Counted from the first letter of the stretch, positions 9,525 through 19,679 are shown. The stretch: DNA of 64,000 nucleotides from a virus (IMGVR_UViG_2974695582_000001:46918-110917); one strand, 5' to 3'. Notes: generated from the sequence alone by a model not told the origin. Numbers and translations are program-made.

Positions 9525-10307
9525 TTGAAGCGAGAGATTGTACAGGGTCTCAAGTTTCGTAAGCAGCCTAAGGGATTTGACGCCAATGAGTTGGCCGATA
9601 TCCTTGAGGCTGCTTATCTGAAGCAGCGACGCCCTGATAAGCATACACAAAAGAAGACCTTTTCCCCGAGTACAATTGGTTATGGGCATGGAACATGTCC
9701 TCGATATTGGTTCTTGGCATTTACTGGCGGGATGTTCATTGATTCCGTTGATGCTCTAGGGATTGCCAATATGTCCAATGGTACTCAGGCTCACGAACGT
9801 ATTGAGAAGTTGTTCGATGATTCAGGTATCCGCCTTGGTAATGAAATTGAAGTCACGATGTCTGACCCGCCTATTCGTGGGTTTGCTGATGTTGAAATCA
9901 ATTGGAAGGGCGAAGAGATTATTGGTGAAATCAAGACAACAAGGCAGGAAGCGTTCCTTGTTCGTCAGGCTACAATGAAGCCTACACCGAATCACCTGTT
10001 TCAGATTCTCATTTACATGAAGGCCCGTGAGCGTAGAATGGGATTCCTTTTGTATGAGAATAAAAATTCTCAGGAATTCCTTATTCTCCCAATTGAGATG
10101 AATGAAGCCAATTCAAAGATTATTGATAATGCACTGAATTGGATGCGAGAAACTTATAAGGCATACACAGAGGGAACGGTTCCTAATCGGCCGTTGCAGA
10201 AGCGCAGCAAGATTTGTAAGGCGTGCCCCTTCTATGAGTGGTGCTGGAGTGACGATTCTCCTGAGGGAACTATTGATATTCCTGTAATGGAGGTTCCAAA
10301 GATTTGA
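9525..10307 (+). CDS. PD-(D/E)xK nuclease, Cas4/RecB-like exonuclease with C-terminal Cys cluster
   Basis: TTG start after AAGGAAA. Motifs GFADVEI / EIKTT / QILIYMKA. C-terminal CKACPFYEWC cluster (Fe-S type). Confidence 0.6.
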   Translation: MKREIVQGLKFRKQPKGFDANELADILEAAYLKQRRPDKHTQKKTFSPSTIGYGHGTCPRYWFLAFTGGMFIDSVDALGIANMSNGTQAHERIEKLFDDSGIRLGNEIEVTMSDPPIRGFADVEINWKGEEIIGEIKTTRQEAFLVRQATMKPTPNHLFQILIYMKARERRMGFLLYENKNSQEFLILPIEMNEANSKIIDNALNWMRETYKAYTEGTVPNRPLQKRSKICKACPFYEWCWSDDSPEGTIDIPVMEVPKI

Positions 10308-10585
10308 GACCGTGTGCATATGCTGAGTGTGGTCGTTTGTTTGAGGCAAAGACGCATAATCAGCGATATTGTTCAGACGAATGCTGCCGCAAGGCAACCA
10401 ATGCTCGCTTGATGGAGCAGTATTATGAAAAGAAGGCTCGAAGGCAGGGCCACATTCGTGTATGCAAGAACGTTGGCTGCGAAACGAGACTGTCTAGATA
10501 TAACGATGACAGTGAATGTCAACGTTGTGCTGCGGCTAAGGAAACAGAGCGCCGTAAGCAGTTGCTGAATCTTGTAGGAATTTAA
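10304..10585 (+). CDS. hypothetical zinc-ribbon protein
   Basis: 93 aa with multiple CxxC pairs. Confidence 0.45.
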   Translation: MRPCAYAECGRLFEAKTHNQRYCSDECCRKATNARLMEQYYEKKARRQGHIRVCKNVGCETRLSRYNDDSECQRCAAAKETERRKQLLNLVGI

Positions 10586-10586
10586 T

Positions 10587-11174
10587 ATGTCACTTTTGGA
10601 TTTGAAGAAAACCAAGGCGAGTAAGGTTATGGGCATCGACTGCTCAACCCACTCGCTGGCTTTTACAATCTTCTTTAATAGGAGACCTGTGAAGTGGGGC
10701 AAGATTAATTTTGAGGGCTCCGACGTTTTTGAGAGGCTGGAGGATGCAGCAAATAAGCTGCGGGCTGTGAAGGACGAGTTTGATGTGGACTACATCGCGT
10801 TCGAGAGCGCCATCCTAGCCAGAACCAAAAATGCTGACGTGACAATCAAACTAGCGATGGTGTATGGTGCTTGTATCGCTGAGCTGATGAGAAAGAACGT
10901 TAAGGTGGTTACGGTGAAGCCGCTAACGTGGCAGTCGTACATTGGTAATCCAAACTTCAAGCCTGCTGAGAAGCTAGCTTTGAAGAAGGAGTTCCCGGAC
11001 AAGTCTGCTTCATGGTATTCTACGAAGATTAGAGAGATGCGTAAGCAGCGTACGATGGACTACTTCAATAAGAAGTGGCCTCACATGGAGCTAACGGATA
11101 ATGATGTTGGTGACAGTGCGGGAATTGCTTACTACGCCTACTACTCCTTGACCACTCGTGGTAGAGTAGATTAA
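10587..11174 (+). CDS. RuvC-like Holliday junction resolvase
   Basis: N-terminal MGIDCSTHSLAFTIF (RuvC motif I-like) and DYIAFE. Lies in the recombination cluster. Confidence 0.55.
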   Translation: MSLLDLKKTKASKVMGIDCSTHSLAFTIFFNRRPVKWGKINFEGSDVFERLEDAANKLRAVKDEFDVDYIAFESAILARTKNADVTIKLAMVYGACIAELMRKNVKVVTVKPLTWQSYIGNPNFKPAEKLALKKEFPDKSASWYSTKIREMRKQRTMDYFNKKWPHMELTDNDVGDSAGIAYYAYYSLTTRGRVD

Positions 11175-11211
11175 AGGTGCTGGGGCTCGTCCCCAAGCTT
11201 TAGGAGGAGAA

Positions 11212-11421
11212 ATGTCAGATTACATGGATTGTGATGCCTGTGACTGGGTTGACATTGAGGTAGGGATGCAAATGGTTCGTCCCGACCATTTTTGCCGGGT
11301 TAAGGCTCATAGAATCGATGCTTATGCATATTATGATAATCTTAGGGGCCAAGAGCTGATTGATGCCGTTGAAGAAAATTGGCCACCGTTTTGGGATGAG
11401 TCATTGGAGAGTATCGAATGA
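11212..11421 (+). CDS. hypothetical protein
   Basis: 69-aa ORF after AGGAGGAG SD. Confidence 0.45.
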   Translation: MSDYMDCDACDWVDIEVGMQMVRPDHFCRVKAHRIDAYAYYDNLRGQELIDAVEENWPPFWDESLESIE

Positions 11422-11927
11422 TTATTGTGGGAACGGGTCATCGGCCCGAAAAGATTACCGATAGAGATTGGCTTCTGGAGCAGATTACCTATGTGTACAT
11501 GCTTGCCGGGGCTGAAAAGGTAATTCAAGGTTGTGCTGCTGGTGCAGACCTTCTTTTGGCCAGGGTTGCATATGTTATGGGAATCCCTTACGTCGCAGCT
11601 AAGCCTTGGGAGAATCATAAGGCCAGAATGGGCGGGTCTTCTGGATTCAAGAATGAAGATGCTGTCGTTTATGACAAGATGATTAAGTATGCTTCTGAGG
11701 TTGTTAATGTGACTGGGGAAATTGACTATCCCGGTCCGTGGGCGTACTTCCGTCGAAATGAATGGATGGTTGACCAAATTACTCCAGAGACGGGAATCGT
11801 TTTGGCTGTATGGGATGGAACCCCTAGTGGTACGTCTCATTGTCTTGAGTATGCTAAGAAAAAGGGGATTCGAGTCTTCCAACTTGACCCCAAAAACAAT
11901 AAGGTGATTGGATGGCTAAAGCAGTAA
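11418..11927 (+). CDS. Rossmann-like DprA/SLOG (DUF2493-type) family protein
   Basis: GTGHRP...GCAAGADLLLARVA...AVWDGTPSGTSH: SLOG/DprA-like nucleotide-binding fold. Confidence 0.4.
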   Translation: MIIVGTGHRPEKITDRDWLLEQITYVYMLAGAEKVIQGCAAGADLLLARVAYVMGIPYVAAKPWENHKARMGGSSGFKNEDAVVYDKMIKYASEVVNVTGEIDYPGPWAYFRRNEWMVDQITPETGIVLAVWDGTPSGTSHCLEYAKKKGIRVFQLDPKNNKVIGWLKQ

Positions 11928-12063
11928 AGAAGTACCTTTCCGAAAAGTGGCTCTATAGACAGCATGTCGTTTTGCGCAGAAGCCCAGAGTCCATTGCGGA
12001 AGAGTGCAGAGTTGCGGTAAGAACTATTTACCGCAAGCTCGAAGACCTAGAGAGAAAGAATAA

Positions 12064-12690
12064 ATGAGATATACAATTTTTAGTGTAGACAATTCACGTC
12101 AACACTATATTGAAAAGATGAGACATCAACTTCGTAACGAGGAATATGTTGAAACGGAAGTTGTTGATGGTCGTGACCCTGACCAATTGAGGCGGGCGAT
12201 GAAGAAGTATCCTTATGAAATTAACTACGATGCCAAGGTAGGTCATCTAGGTATTTGGTACACAGTTCTCAATGCTATGGAACATGCACCAATTGTAACC
12301 TTTGAAGATGATGCTATTCTGAATGATGAGTTTATGACTCATTTTAATTGGCGGATTGGTGAGCTTCCCGGAGACACAGATTTCTTCTCGCTGTTTCTTC
12401 CTAGAGACAGTGACCATCTGTACACTGAAGACAAGTCTAGAGGCAATTTCATTTGTGAGACATATCAGAGATATGGTGGAGTTTCTATGCTTCACACAAT
12501 GCATGGTCGAGATATGATTAAGGAATTGCTCAAGAGGGATGGCATTACGGGACAGTATGATGACACTCTCTATATGTACGCCAAGAAGGGCGAATTGCGC
12601 GGGTATTGTTCAAAGCCTAAATATCCGGACCTAGTTTACATCTCAGGCTTTGAAGAAAGCATTGTTCAGGAAACGGAGAATTATAGATGA
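12064..12690 (+). CDS. putative glycosyltransferase (GT25-like)
   Basis: 208 aa with weak GT25-type N-terminus. Adjacent to a second GT-like gene and a cytidylyltransferase. Confidence 0.3.
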   Translation: MRYTIFSVDNSRQHYIEKMRHQLRNEEYVETEVVDGRDPDQLRRAMKKYPYEINYDAKVGHLGIWYTVLNAMEHAPIVTFEDDAILNDEFMTHFNWRIGELPGDTDFFSLFLPRDSDHLYTEDKSRGNFICETYQRYGGVSMLHTMHGRDMIKELLKRDGITGQYDDTLYMYAKKGELRGYCSKPKYPDLVYISGFEESIVQETENYR

Positions 12691-13343
12691 GAATGCTTGT
12701 AATTGTTCCTACACGTGGTAGGCCAGAGAACATTGTTCGTTTGGACAAGGCCATGCTTGACACAGAGGTCGATGTTGAGGTAATGTACTGTGTTGATGAA
12801 GACGACCCGCGACTGGCAGATTATGTCAGGACCGGAATTCCTCTAGTGGTTGGACCCAGAAAGCGACTCGTTGGAACACTGAATGATGTTGCCACACAGT
12901 TTGCTGACGATTATGATATTGTTGCCTTCCTTGGTGATGATGTTCTTCCTAAGACTCATCGTTGGGACAACATCCTTCGTGACAACTTCAAGCCAAACAT
13001 GGTAGCCTACGGAAACGATGGTCACCAGGGAGAGGGTCTTCCTACGGGAGTGTTTTTGGATGCTCGCATCGTAACTGGACTTGGCTACATGGTTCCGCCA
13101 ACATTTATTCACCTCTTCGCAGATAATTACTGGAAGACGTTGGGTGAGGCTCTTGGAACCTTGACGTATCTTCCGGGGGTTGACATGGAGCATCTGCACC
13201 CTTACGCTGGTAAGGCAGAGCACGACGAAACTTATGCACAGGCGAATGCTGGTCCTGTGTGGGAGAATGATGAGCGTGCATTTAATGAATACGTCAAGAA
13301 TGAATTGGCGTTCGATGTGGAGATTCTACAGCTTAATGAGTAA
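12687..13343 (+). CDS. putative nucleotide-diphospho-sugar glycosyltransferase
   Basis: N-terminal LVIVPTRGRPENI (GT-A-like), with a DD-containing segment. Confidence 0.35.
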   Translation: MRMLVIVPTRGRPENIVRLDKAMLDTEVDVEVMYCVDEDDPRLADYVRTGIPLVVGPRKRLVGTLNDVATQFADDYDIVAFLGDDVLPKTHRWDNILRDNFKPNMVAYGNDGHQGEGLPTGVFLDARIVTGLGYMVPPTFIHLFADNYWKTLGEALGTLTYLPGVDMEHLHPYAGKAEHDETYAQANAGPVWENDERAFNEYVKNELAFDVEILQLNE

Positions 13344-13782
13344 CATTGTTTATACAGGTGGAACATTTGATTTGTTCCATGAAGGACATATTGAGCTTCT
13401 TCGCTCTTGTCATCGAATTGCGGCGGGTGGAGAAGTTATCGTTGGTTTGAATACCGACGAATTTATTGCAGCATTCAAGAACAATCCGCCAATTCAGTCA
13501 TATCGGGAAAGAGCGCTTATGCTTGAATCTTGCCGATATGTTGATAGGGTTGTTCCCAACATCGGAAATGGTAGTTCGACTGTGACTATTCAGGACCAGA
13601 TTGATAATGGTTCTGTAATTGACATTGTGGCTATTGGTTCTGATTGGGCTGGTCGTGATTATTATGGCCAAATGGGGTTTACAAAGAAATGGCTTGATGA
13701 TAGAGATATCATCTTGATTTACATTGACAGAAGGACAGGAATGTCCACAACCAAGATTAAGGATAAGTTGAAGAATGCCTGA
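13336..13782 (+). CDS. cytidylyltransferase (HxGH nucleotidyltransferase, TagD/RfaE-domain-II-like)
   Basis: YTGGTFDLFHEGHIELL is the canonical (T/H)xGH motif. Start chosen at ATG 13336, overlapping the upstream stop. Confidence 0.7.
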   Translation: MSNIVYTGGTFDLFHEGHIELLRSCHRIAAGGEVIVGLNTDEFIAAFKNNPPIQSYRERALMLESCRYVDRVVPNIGNGSSTVTIQDQIDNGSVIDIVAIGSDWAGRDYYGQMGFTKKWLDDRDIILIYIDRRTGMSTTKIKDKLKNA

Positions 13783-13939
13783 AAAGGGACAACACTACGC
13801 TCCCTGGCCTGAGGATGATAACTGGACGTATCGCGGAATTCCAGTTCCGGGTCGTCTAAAGGCTACATGGAATAACGTTTCTGGCCGGTGGTGGAGACAA
13901 GGCGTTGATGACGCTCTTGATAGGGAGGATTCAGAATGA
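13775..13939 (+). CDS. hypothetical small protein
   Basis: 54 aa. ATGA overlaps at both ends. Confidence 0.3.
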   Translation: MPEKGQHYAPWPEDDNWTYRGIPVPGRLKATWNNVSGRWWRQGVDDALDREDSE

Positions 13940-14424
13940 AAGAACTTGTATTTGTTGACACTGAGACTACGGGTCTTGATGCATCGTCTGATAAGTTGGT
14001 AGAGCTTTCTTATGCCACGCTTAACAGTGACATTAAGACTCTGTACTTTGGTGTAACTGAGGTTCCGAGTTTTATTGATGACCTCACTCAATTCTTTAAG
14101 CGTGGTGTTGATAAGATGCCTCGCGCAACGAATGGAGAATTGCTTGAGTTTTCGATGGTTTTGGGAAATAACACAATGGTTGCGGCTAATCCAGCATTCG
14201 ACCAGAGTTTCTTGAAGGTAAATGGGCTTTGGAATGCCCACTACCGAATGCTTGACATTGAGTCTTATGCTATGTCAAAGTTGGACCTGGACCAAATTCC
14301 CTCAATGTTCCAGATTGTTCAGGAACTTGAGAAGCGCGGTTACAGCTTGACACAGCCCGACCATTCGTCATACAATGACGTTAAGGCCCTACGTGAGGCG
14401 TACAACATTTTGAGGTATATGTAA
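13936..14424 (+). CDS. DnaQ-like 3'-5' exonuclease (DEDD family)
   Basis: Exo I motif FVDTETTGLD. Confidence 0.75.
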   Translation: MKELVFVDTETTGLDASSDKLVELSYATLNSDIKTLYFGVTEVPSFIDDLTQFFKRGVDKMPRATNGELLEFSMVLGNNTMVAANPAFDQSFLKVNGLWNAHYRMLDIESYAMSKLDLDQIPSMFQIVQELEKRGYSLTQPDHSSYNDVKALREAYNILRYM

Positions 14425-14973
14425 ATGATTATTGGCTTGGCTGGATATGCTAGGTCAGGTAAGGATTCGGCTGCCGATGCTCTAGAGAGCATCGGCTTTC
14501 GCCGTATTGCCTTCGCTGACAAGTTGAGAGAATTCATGTACGAGATGAATCCCCCACTGAATTGCAATGGAATGATTGTAAGTTTGCGGGATGTCATTGA
14601 TAAGCATGGATGGAATGGATACAAGGAGACCATTTGGGCTCAGGATATTAGAAGGTGGATGCAGATAGTTGGTACTAACTGTGTTCGTGGTATTCTCGGA
14701 AATGAAATTTGGGCGGATGCTACATTTAATTCCATGTATATGGATAAGAATTATGTGGTGACAGATGTTCGTTTCATTAACGAAGCCAATGGTATTAGGC
14801 AGCGTGGTGGAAGAATGTATAGGATTGTTCGAGAAGGCATTGGTCCTGCGAATAATCACGTTTCCGAAACTGCCCTCGACAATTACGATTACGATGGATT
14901 CATTCATAATGATGGAACTCTTGAGGAGTTTCACGATAGTGTAAGGAGAAGGATTCTTGAGGGTAGGAGTTGA
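14425..14973 (+). CDS. P-loop kinase, putative deoxynucleoside monophosphate kinase
   Basis: GLAGYARSGKDS P-loop. Lies in a nucleotide-metabolism cluster. Confidence 0.45.
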   Translation: MIIGLAGYARSGKDSAADALESIGFRRIAFADKLREFMYEMNPPLNCNGMIVSLRDVIDKHGWNGYKETIWAQDIRRWMQIVGTNCVRGILGNEIWADATFNSMYMDKNYVVTDVRFINEANGIRQRGGRMYRIVREGIGPANNHVSETALDNYDYDGFIHNDGTLEEFHDSVRRRILEGRS

Positions 14974-15526
14974 CCTAGATGGAGTGTGCTACGACTTTGC
15001 ACACTCTTTTCGCCGGGCTCTATTTGAGCTAGGCGTATACAATGACTATAAGGTAGTAGAAGGAGAGCCTGACAATTGGCACTTCTACCTTGACTGGGGA
15101 CTGACGCAAGACGAATTTGTACAGTTTTGCCATCAGGGTGTAGACCGTGGTACAGTCTTTGGGTATGGCGGACCAAGGGATGATGCTCCAGCAGCTCTCA
15201 GCTTTTTGAGGGCGATGGGACATTCTATCCATATCGTTACCGACCGCTCTTTTGGTACGGTCCCTGAGAATTCCCACGATGTCACTAGAAAGTGGCTCTC
15301 CCACTTTGGGTTTGAGTATGATACACTTACCTTCTCAGCAGACAAGACGTGTGTTCCTACTGATGTCTTCATTGAGGATAAGTTGGAAAACTATGATGCG
15401 CTTGTTGCTGCGGGTGTTGACTGCTATCTTGTTGACCGACCCTGGAATCAAGATGGTGATGATGGTCGTAAGAGGATTAAGAGCATTCAGCAGTTTGCCA
15501 CTATTGTGGGAAACATGACTGTTTGA
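14957..15526 (+). CDS. 5'(3')-deoxyribonucleotidase (HAD superfamily)
   Basis: VDLDGV HAD motif I at the N-terminus. About 189 aa. Confidence 0.6.
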   Translation: MRVGVDLDGVCYDFAHSFRRALFELGVYNDYKVVEGEPDNWHFYLDWGLTQDEFVQFCHQGVDRGTVFGYGGPRDDAPAALSFLRAMGHSIHIVTDRSFGTVPENSHDVTRKWLSHFGFEYDTLTFSADKTCVPTDVFIEDKLENYDALVAAGVDCYLVDRPWNQDGDDGRKRIKSIQQFATIVGNMTV

Positions 15527-15569
15527 CTTTTCAGTCAACTAAGATTACAATTGTATCAGAAAGGATAAT

Positions 15570-15746
15570 ATGCCAATTTATACATACTGGTGTCAGTGTT
15601 GTGATGATGACCAAGAAAAGATTGTCAGCATTGATGACCGTGATAATCAGAAGTGCGAGGCTTGTGGCAATCGGCTTGTTCGAGCCATTGATAAGCCAGG
15701 CGCAGTTTGGGCACCGACTAGCACAGGCGGAGGTTTGAGGGTATAA
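15570..15746 (+). CDS. FmdB-family zinc-ribbon protein
   Basis: MPIYTYWCQCCD...CEACGN is a classic FmdB CxxC...CxxC ribbon. 58 aa. Confidence 0.55.
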   Translation: MPIYTYWCQCCDDDQEKIVSIDDRDNQKCEACGNRLVRAIDKPGAVWAPTSTGGGLRV

Positions 15747-16054
15747 TGGCACCTAGAGCAAAGCAGCTTGCCAATCCGAATGCGTGGTGGGAGCAAGCAT
15801 ACAAGAATCATCCTGACATTGAGGCTTCATTCGAATACGATTTCAATGGTGATGTGATGGTTCCTGGCACAAAGTTTAAGGTCAAATACCACAGAGGAGA
15901 GTTTAAGTTTCGTTGTTTGGCAACCAATAAGAGGACTGGTAAGGTCTGGATTGATTGTATGGAGATTGGCTCTGCATTCAGGAGCTTCTATCCCGAATCA
16001 ATCAAGGGAGTTGTAAAGCCTAAGGTTAGGCGACGACGAACAAAGAAGGCATGA
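15746..16054 (+). CDS. hypothetical protein
   Basis: 102-aa ORF. Confidence 0.45.
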   Translation: MAPRAKQLANPNAWWEQAYKNHPDIEASFEYDFNGDVMVPGTKFKVKYHRGEFKFRCLATNKRTGKVWIDCMEIGSAFRSFYPESIKGVVKPKVRRRRTKKA

Positions 16055-16269
16055 GGCGTTTTAACCTAGTAAGAAATGAAGATGAGTCCGGTGTCTCAGG
16101 CACCGGAACCGTCGCACAGGGAGTCCAGTTTGGTGATGGAACTTGTGCGATGCGGTGGCTAACCGAAACTGCTTCTACGGCAGTTTATGATAGCATCAGT
16201 GACCTTGAGAAGATTCATGGTCATGGCGGTAAGACCGTCGTAGAATGGATTGATACTGTAAATGTCTAA
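16051..16269 (+). CDS. hypothetical protein
   Basis: 72-aa ORF. Confidence 0.4.
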   Translation: MRRFNLVRNEDESGVSGTGTVAQGVQFGDGTCAMRWLTETASTAVYDSISDLEKIHGHGGKTVVEWIDTVNV

Positions 16270-16804
16270 TGAAATCGAATTGCTCGATAGATACGAGCAA
16301 ATCAACAAGGTAGCCCAGATGTATATCAAGGGCACGACGAACCCAACTACTATTTCTAAGGAGTTGGGTATTAAGCGTGCTCAGGCAATTGAACTCATTG
16401 AAGAGTGGCGTGAAATTGCCAAGAGTAATGATGATATTAAGGACCAGGCTGCGGAAGCGTTGCAGGCTGGTATTCAGCATTACGCCATGATTACAGAGAA
16501 GTTGTGGGAAACCGTTGAGCAGGCTGATGCCGCATTCGATTACAAGACAAAGAATGCTGTGCTTAAGAATGTAGCAGACATTGAGGCTAAGAAGATTGAT
16601 ATGCTTCAAAAGGCCGGGCTTTATGATGATGCTGCCATTGGTGATGAGCTTGCAGAGATGGAAGAAAAGCAGGCTATCCTTATTTCCATTCTTAAGGAAG
16701 TTACCAGTGATTGTGAGCACTGCAAGTATGAAGTAGCCAGACGCCTAGCAAAGGTAACTGGTAAGACTGAACCAGTGAACATTCCTGGGGAGGTGATTAG
16801 CTAA
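16262..16804 (+). CDS. putative terminase small subunit
   Basis: 180 aa with HTH-like N-terminus and coiled coil. Immediately upstream of the terminase large subunit. Confidence 0.4.
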   Translation: MSNEIELLDRYEQINKVAQMYIKGTTNPTTISKELGIKRAQAIELIEEWREIAKSNDDIKDQAAEALQAGIQHYAMITEKLWETVEQADAAFDYKTKNAVLKNVADIEAKKIDMLQKAGLYDDAAIGDELAEMEEKQAILISILKEVTSDCEHCKYEVARRLAKVTGKTEPVNIPGEVIS

Positions 16805-16844
16805 TACCCTGCCACCGAAAGGTGGTGGGGATATTGGCGTTTCT

Positions 16845-18659
16845 ATGTCGAACTTTGATTTTAATGAGCTTCTGAATATGCTGGACGGAGAGGACTTCGA
16901 ACAGCGTCCAGTCTCCATTGAGGAATTTGTACAGAGCGAGGATTACCTTAATCTACCTCCGCTTTCAGAAAATCAGTACAAGCTTATCAAGGCAAGCAGT
17001 CAAATTTACAAGAAGTCAACTTTGGCGGCTTTGTATGGTGAAGAGGCAGCCGAGAAAAGATTTGCCGAAACGATGAATGAGGTCATTTTCCAGCTCGGTA
17101 AGGGAAGTGGTAAGGGATACACGTCCTCTATTGCTTGTGCATATATTGTGTATCTTTTGCTGTGTCTAAAGGACCCGGCCAAGTATTATGGCAAGCCACC
17201 TGGTGACCACATTGCTATTCTGAACATCGCTATTAATGCTGCGCAGGCTCAGAACGTCTTCTTTAAGTATTTCAAGCAGCGTATTACCTCAAGCCCCTGG
17301 TTTGTAGGAAAGTATACTGAGAAGTCTGGAGAGTTCCAGTTCGATAAGAATATCTTTGTTTATTCTGGTCACTCTGAGCGTGAGGCTTGGGAGGGTTATA
17401 ACGTAATCTTCGTAATTCTTGATGAGATTTCCGGTTTTGCTCTTGATTCAACTTCTGGAAATGAGCAAGCCAAGACGGCTTCCGCAGTTTACAAGATGTA
17501 CAAGCAGTCTGTCACTTCACGATTCCCTGAGTTTGGTAAGGTAGTCTTGCTTTCCTTCCCACGATTCAAGAACGACTTTATCCAGCAAAGGTACGCTGAT
17601 GTTATTGCGGAGAAGGAAGTAATTATCAGAAGCCACCGTTTCAAGGTTGACCCTGCACTTCCGGATGGAACTGAGGGCAATGAGTTTGAAATTGAGTGGG
17701 AAGAAGACCAGATTATTTCTTACCGAATTCCTAAGATTTTTGCTCTGAAGCGACCAACTTGGGAAATCAATCCTCTCATCAAGCTTGACGATTTGATGGC
17801 GGCGTTCTACGATGACCCCATTGACTCACTCTCTCGTTTCGCATGTATGCCACCTGACGCGATTGACGCGTTCTTCAAGGACCGTGCGAAGATTGAGCTA
17901 GCTTTTTCTAAGCAGTCCACTCTAAATGAGGACAACAGTTTCCGCCCGAACTTTATTCCGGACCCTGAGAAAAGGTACTACGTCCACGTAGACCTTGCTC
18001 GTGTCCATGACCATGCGGCGGTTGCTCTGGCTCACGTAGAAAAGTGGGAGCAGAGAAATATCGGTGGTAAGATGACGGAACCGGCTCCGGTTGTTGTGGT
18101 GGACCAGGTTCGTTACTGGACGCCTAGCAAGACGAAGAACGTAGACTTTACTGAGATTCGTGAATATATCCTGAGCCTGAAGAGACGCGGGTTCAATATC
18201 CGTCTCGTTACATTTGACCGATGGGAGTCTGCTGACACCATGCAGTACCTTAACGACCGGGGTTTGAAGGCTGAGCGTCTATCTGTAGCAAAGAAGCACT
18301 ATGAAGACTTTGCGATGGTTATTGCTGAGCAAAGAGTAGTCGGTCCTAGTATTGAATTGCTTATCGATGAGCTTCTTCAGCTTAGGATTATGAAGAATGA
18401 CAGAGTTGACCACCCAAGAAAGGGAAGTAAGGACCTTTCTGACGCGGTTTGTGGAGCAATCTATAACGCAATTGCCCATACACCTAGAAACCTAGATGAA
18501 ACAGTTGAAGTGAAGACTCTTGAATCTGTCAGAAAGGAAATCAGAAGAAATTCTATCGAAGAGTATGAGCAGATGAAGAATGATGGAGTCATCCGACCAC
18601 CAAAGAGGAAAATGCCTCAGGAGCTTGAAGAATTTCTTGCCAGAATCTCTACCGTCTAG
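16845..18659 (+). CDS. terminase large subunit
   Basis: ATPase Walker A (LGKGSGKGYTS) and Walker B (VIFVILDEIS). C-terminal RNaseH-like nuclease motifs (YVHVDLARVHDHAA, DLSDAVCGAIY). Confidence 0.8.
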   Translation: MSNFDFNELLNMLDGEDFEQRPVSIEEFVQSEDYLNLPPLSENQYKLIKASSQIYKKSTLAALYGEEAAEKRFAETMNEVIFQLGKGSGKGYTSSIACAYIVYLLLCLKDPAKYYGKPPGDHIAILNIAINAAQAQNVFFKYFKQRITSSPWFVGKYTEKSGEFQFDKNIFVYSGHSEREAWEGYNVIFVILDEISGFALDSTSGNEQAKTASAVYKMYKQSVTSRFPEFGKVVLLSFPRFKNDFIQQRYADVIAEKEVIIRSHRFKVDPALPDGTEGNEFEIEWEEDQIISYRIPKIFALKRPTWEINPLIKLDDLMAAFYDDPIDSLSRFACMPPDAIDAFFKDRAKIELAFSKQSTLNEDNSFRPNFIPDPEKRYYVHVDLARVHDHAAVALAHVEKWEQRNIGGKMTEPAPVVVVDQVRYWTPSKTKNVDFTEIREYILSLKRRGFNIRLVTFDRWESADTMQYLNDRGLKAERLSVAKKHYEDFAMVIAEQRVVGPSIELLIDELLQLRIMKNDRVDHPRKGSKDLSDAVCGAIYNAIAHTPRNLDETVEVKTLESVRKEIRRNSIEEYEQMKNDGVIRPPKRKMPQELEEFLARISTV

Positions 18660-18662
18660 GGG

Positions 18663-18691
18663 TTGACACAATCTGTGAGAGGAGTTAAACT
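18663..18691 (+). promoter_or_regulatory. sigma70/HrdB-like promoter TTGACA-N17-TAAACT
   Basis: -35 at 18663-18668. -10 at 18686-18691. Confidence 0.45.
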
Positions 18692-18723
18692 AGAAACTAA
18701 TTAACCAAATTAGTTGCAAAGAG

Positions 18724-18963
18724 ATGAAGATTACTCTAATTAATACTAATGAAGTATGTGAGTGCGTGAGCAAGCACATCCCGAAGCCCAATAAGATGTA
18801 CAGGGTTGACTACAGCGATGGATACGTGTACGTTTGTCCTACTGCCTACTACAACCTGGTGGCTTTGGAAGAGGAGTACGTCAAGTATGGTGGACTTCCG
18901 CCCGGCTCTGTTCGTAAGCACTTCTCTGAGTTCACACATGACCTATACAGACTCTTGACATGA
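18724..18963 (+). CDS. hypothetical protein
   Basis: 79-aa ORF. Confidence 0.45.
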   Translation: MKITLINTNEVCECVSKHIPKPNKMYRVDYSDGYVYVCPTAYYNLVALEEEYVKYGGLPPGSVRKHFSEFTHDLYRLLT

Positions 18964-19017
18964 GACCCCGTCCGGGGTTAAGCTTCTAGCAAGTCAAACA
19001 ACGGAAGGAATCAAGAA

Positions 19018-19308
19018 ATGTCTAGTGTGGAAGAACGATTCGAGCTTGCACGCAATGCTGTTGAGGCTGTATCTCAGGTTACGAAGGACATGCACGCTAT
19101 TGGTGTGTATGATGAGCCTGAGTATCGAGCGGCTGCGGTATTGCTCATCACCTTGAGTCGTGCTATGGTTGTTCTTGACCCCGAGAAGACGCGGGATTAC
19201 AGCAAGCAGGCTCTTGAAGAGGCTAAGTCTGATATCCTGAAGACTCGTCCTGACCTTGCCGGTTTGCTTGATGGTAAGAAGGACGTTGGGCTTGGTCAGT
19301 ACCTCTGA
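19018..19308 (+). CDS. hypothetical protein
   Basis: 96-aa ORF with GGAAGGAA SD. Confidence 0.45.
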   Translation: MSSVEERFELARNAVEAVSQVTKDMHAIGVYDEPEYRAAAVLLITLSRAMVVLDPEKTRDYSKQALEEAKSDILKTRPDLAGLLDGKKDVGLGQYL

Positions 19309-19371
19309 TTGCGCAAAGCGCGGGGTTGTGGTAGACTAAAAACATGAGAAGGCCACTCAACAAAGGCCACT

Positions 19372-19442
19372 GTGGATATAGTGAAGTGGTATAACGGGTG
19401 TTTTGGGAACATCTGACGTCGGTTCGATTCCGGCTATCCGCA
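19372..19442 (+). tRNA. tRNA-Pro (anticodon TGG)
   Basis: Manual cloverleaf. Acceptor gtggata/tatccgc. Anticodon stem ggtgt/acatc with loop tttggga. T-arm gtcgg-ttcgatt-ccggc. Confidence 0.5.
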
Positions 19443-19569
19443 CGATGGGGGATGTAGAAGACCTCCAGGAGTATCGAAGGCCCCTAAATTAATGGGGAGC
19501 GCACCTGAGGATACGAAAACGATACACAGGGGACGCCCATCGCAGTATTGTGTCTCTTCTACAAGCTTC

Positions 19570-19644
19570 CGGGATGTAGCTCAGCTTGGTCAGAGCGCGC
19601 CGTTTGGGGCGGTGAAGTCGAAGGTTCGAATCCTTTCATCCCGA
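19570..19644 (+). tRNA. tRNA-Pro (anticodon TGG), second copy or variant
   Basis: Acceptor cgggatg/catcccg. D tagctcagcttggtcagagc. Anticodon loop tttgggg. T-loop ttcgaat. AAGCTT lies immediately 5' of the gene. Confidence 0.45.
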
Positions 19645-19679
19645 CTTCCTGAAATAAATGCCATGCAAAGGAAAGAGAA

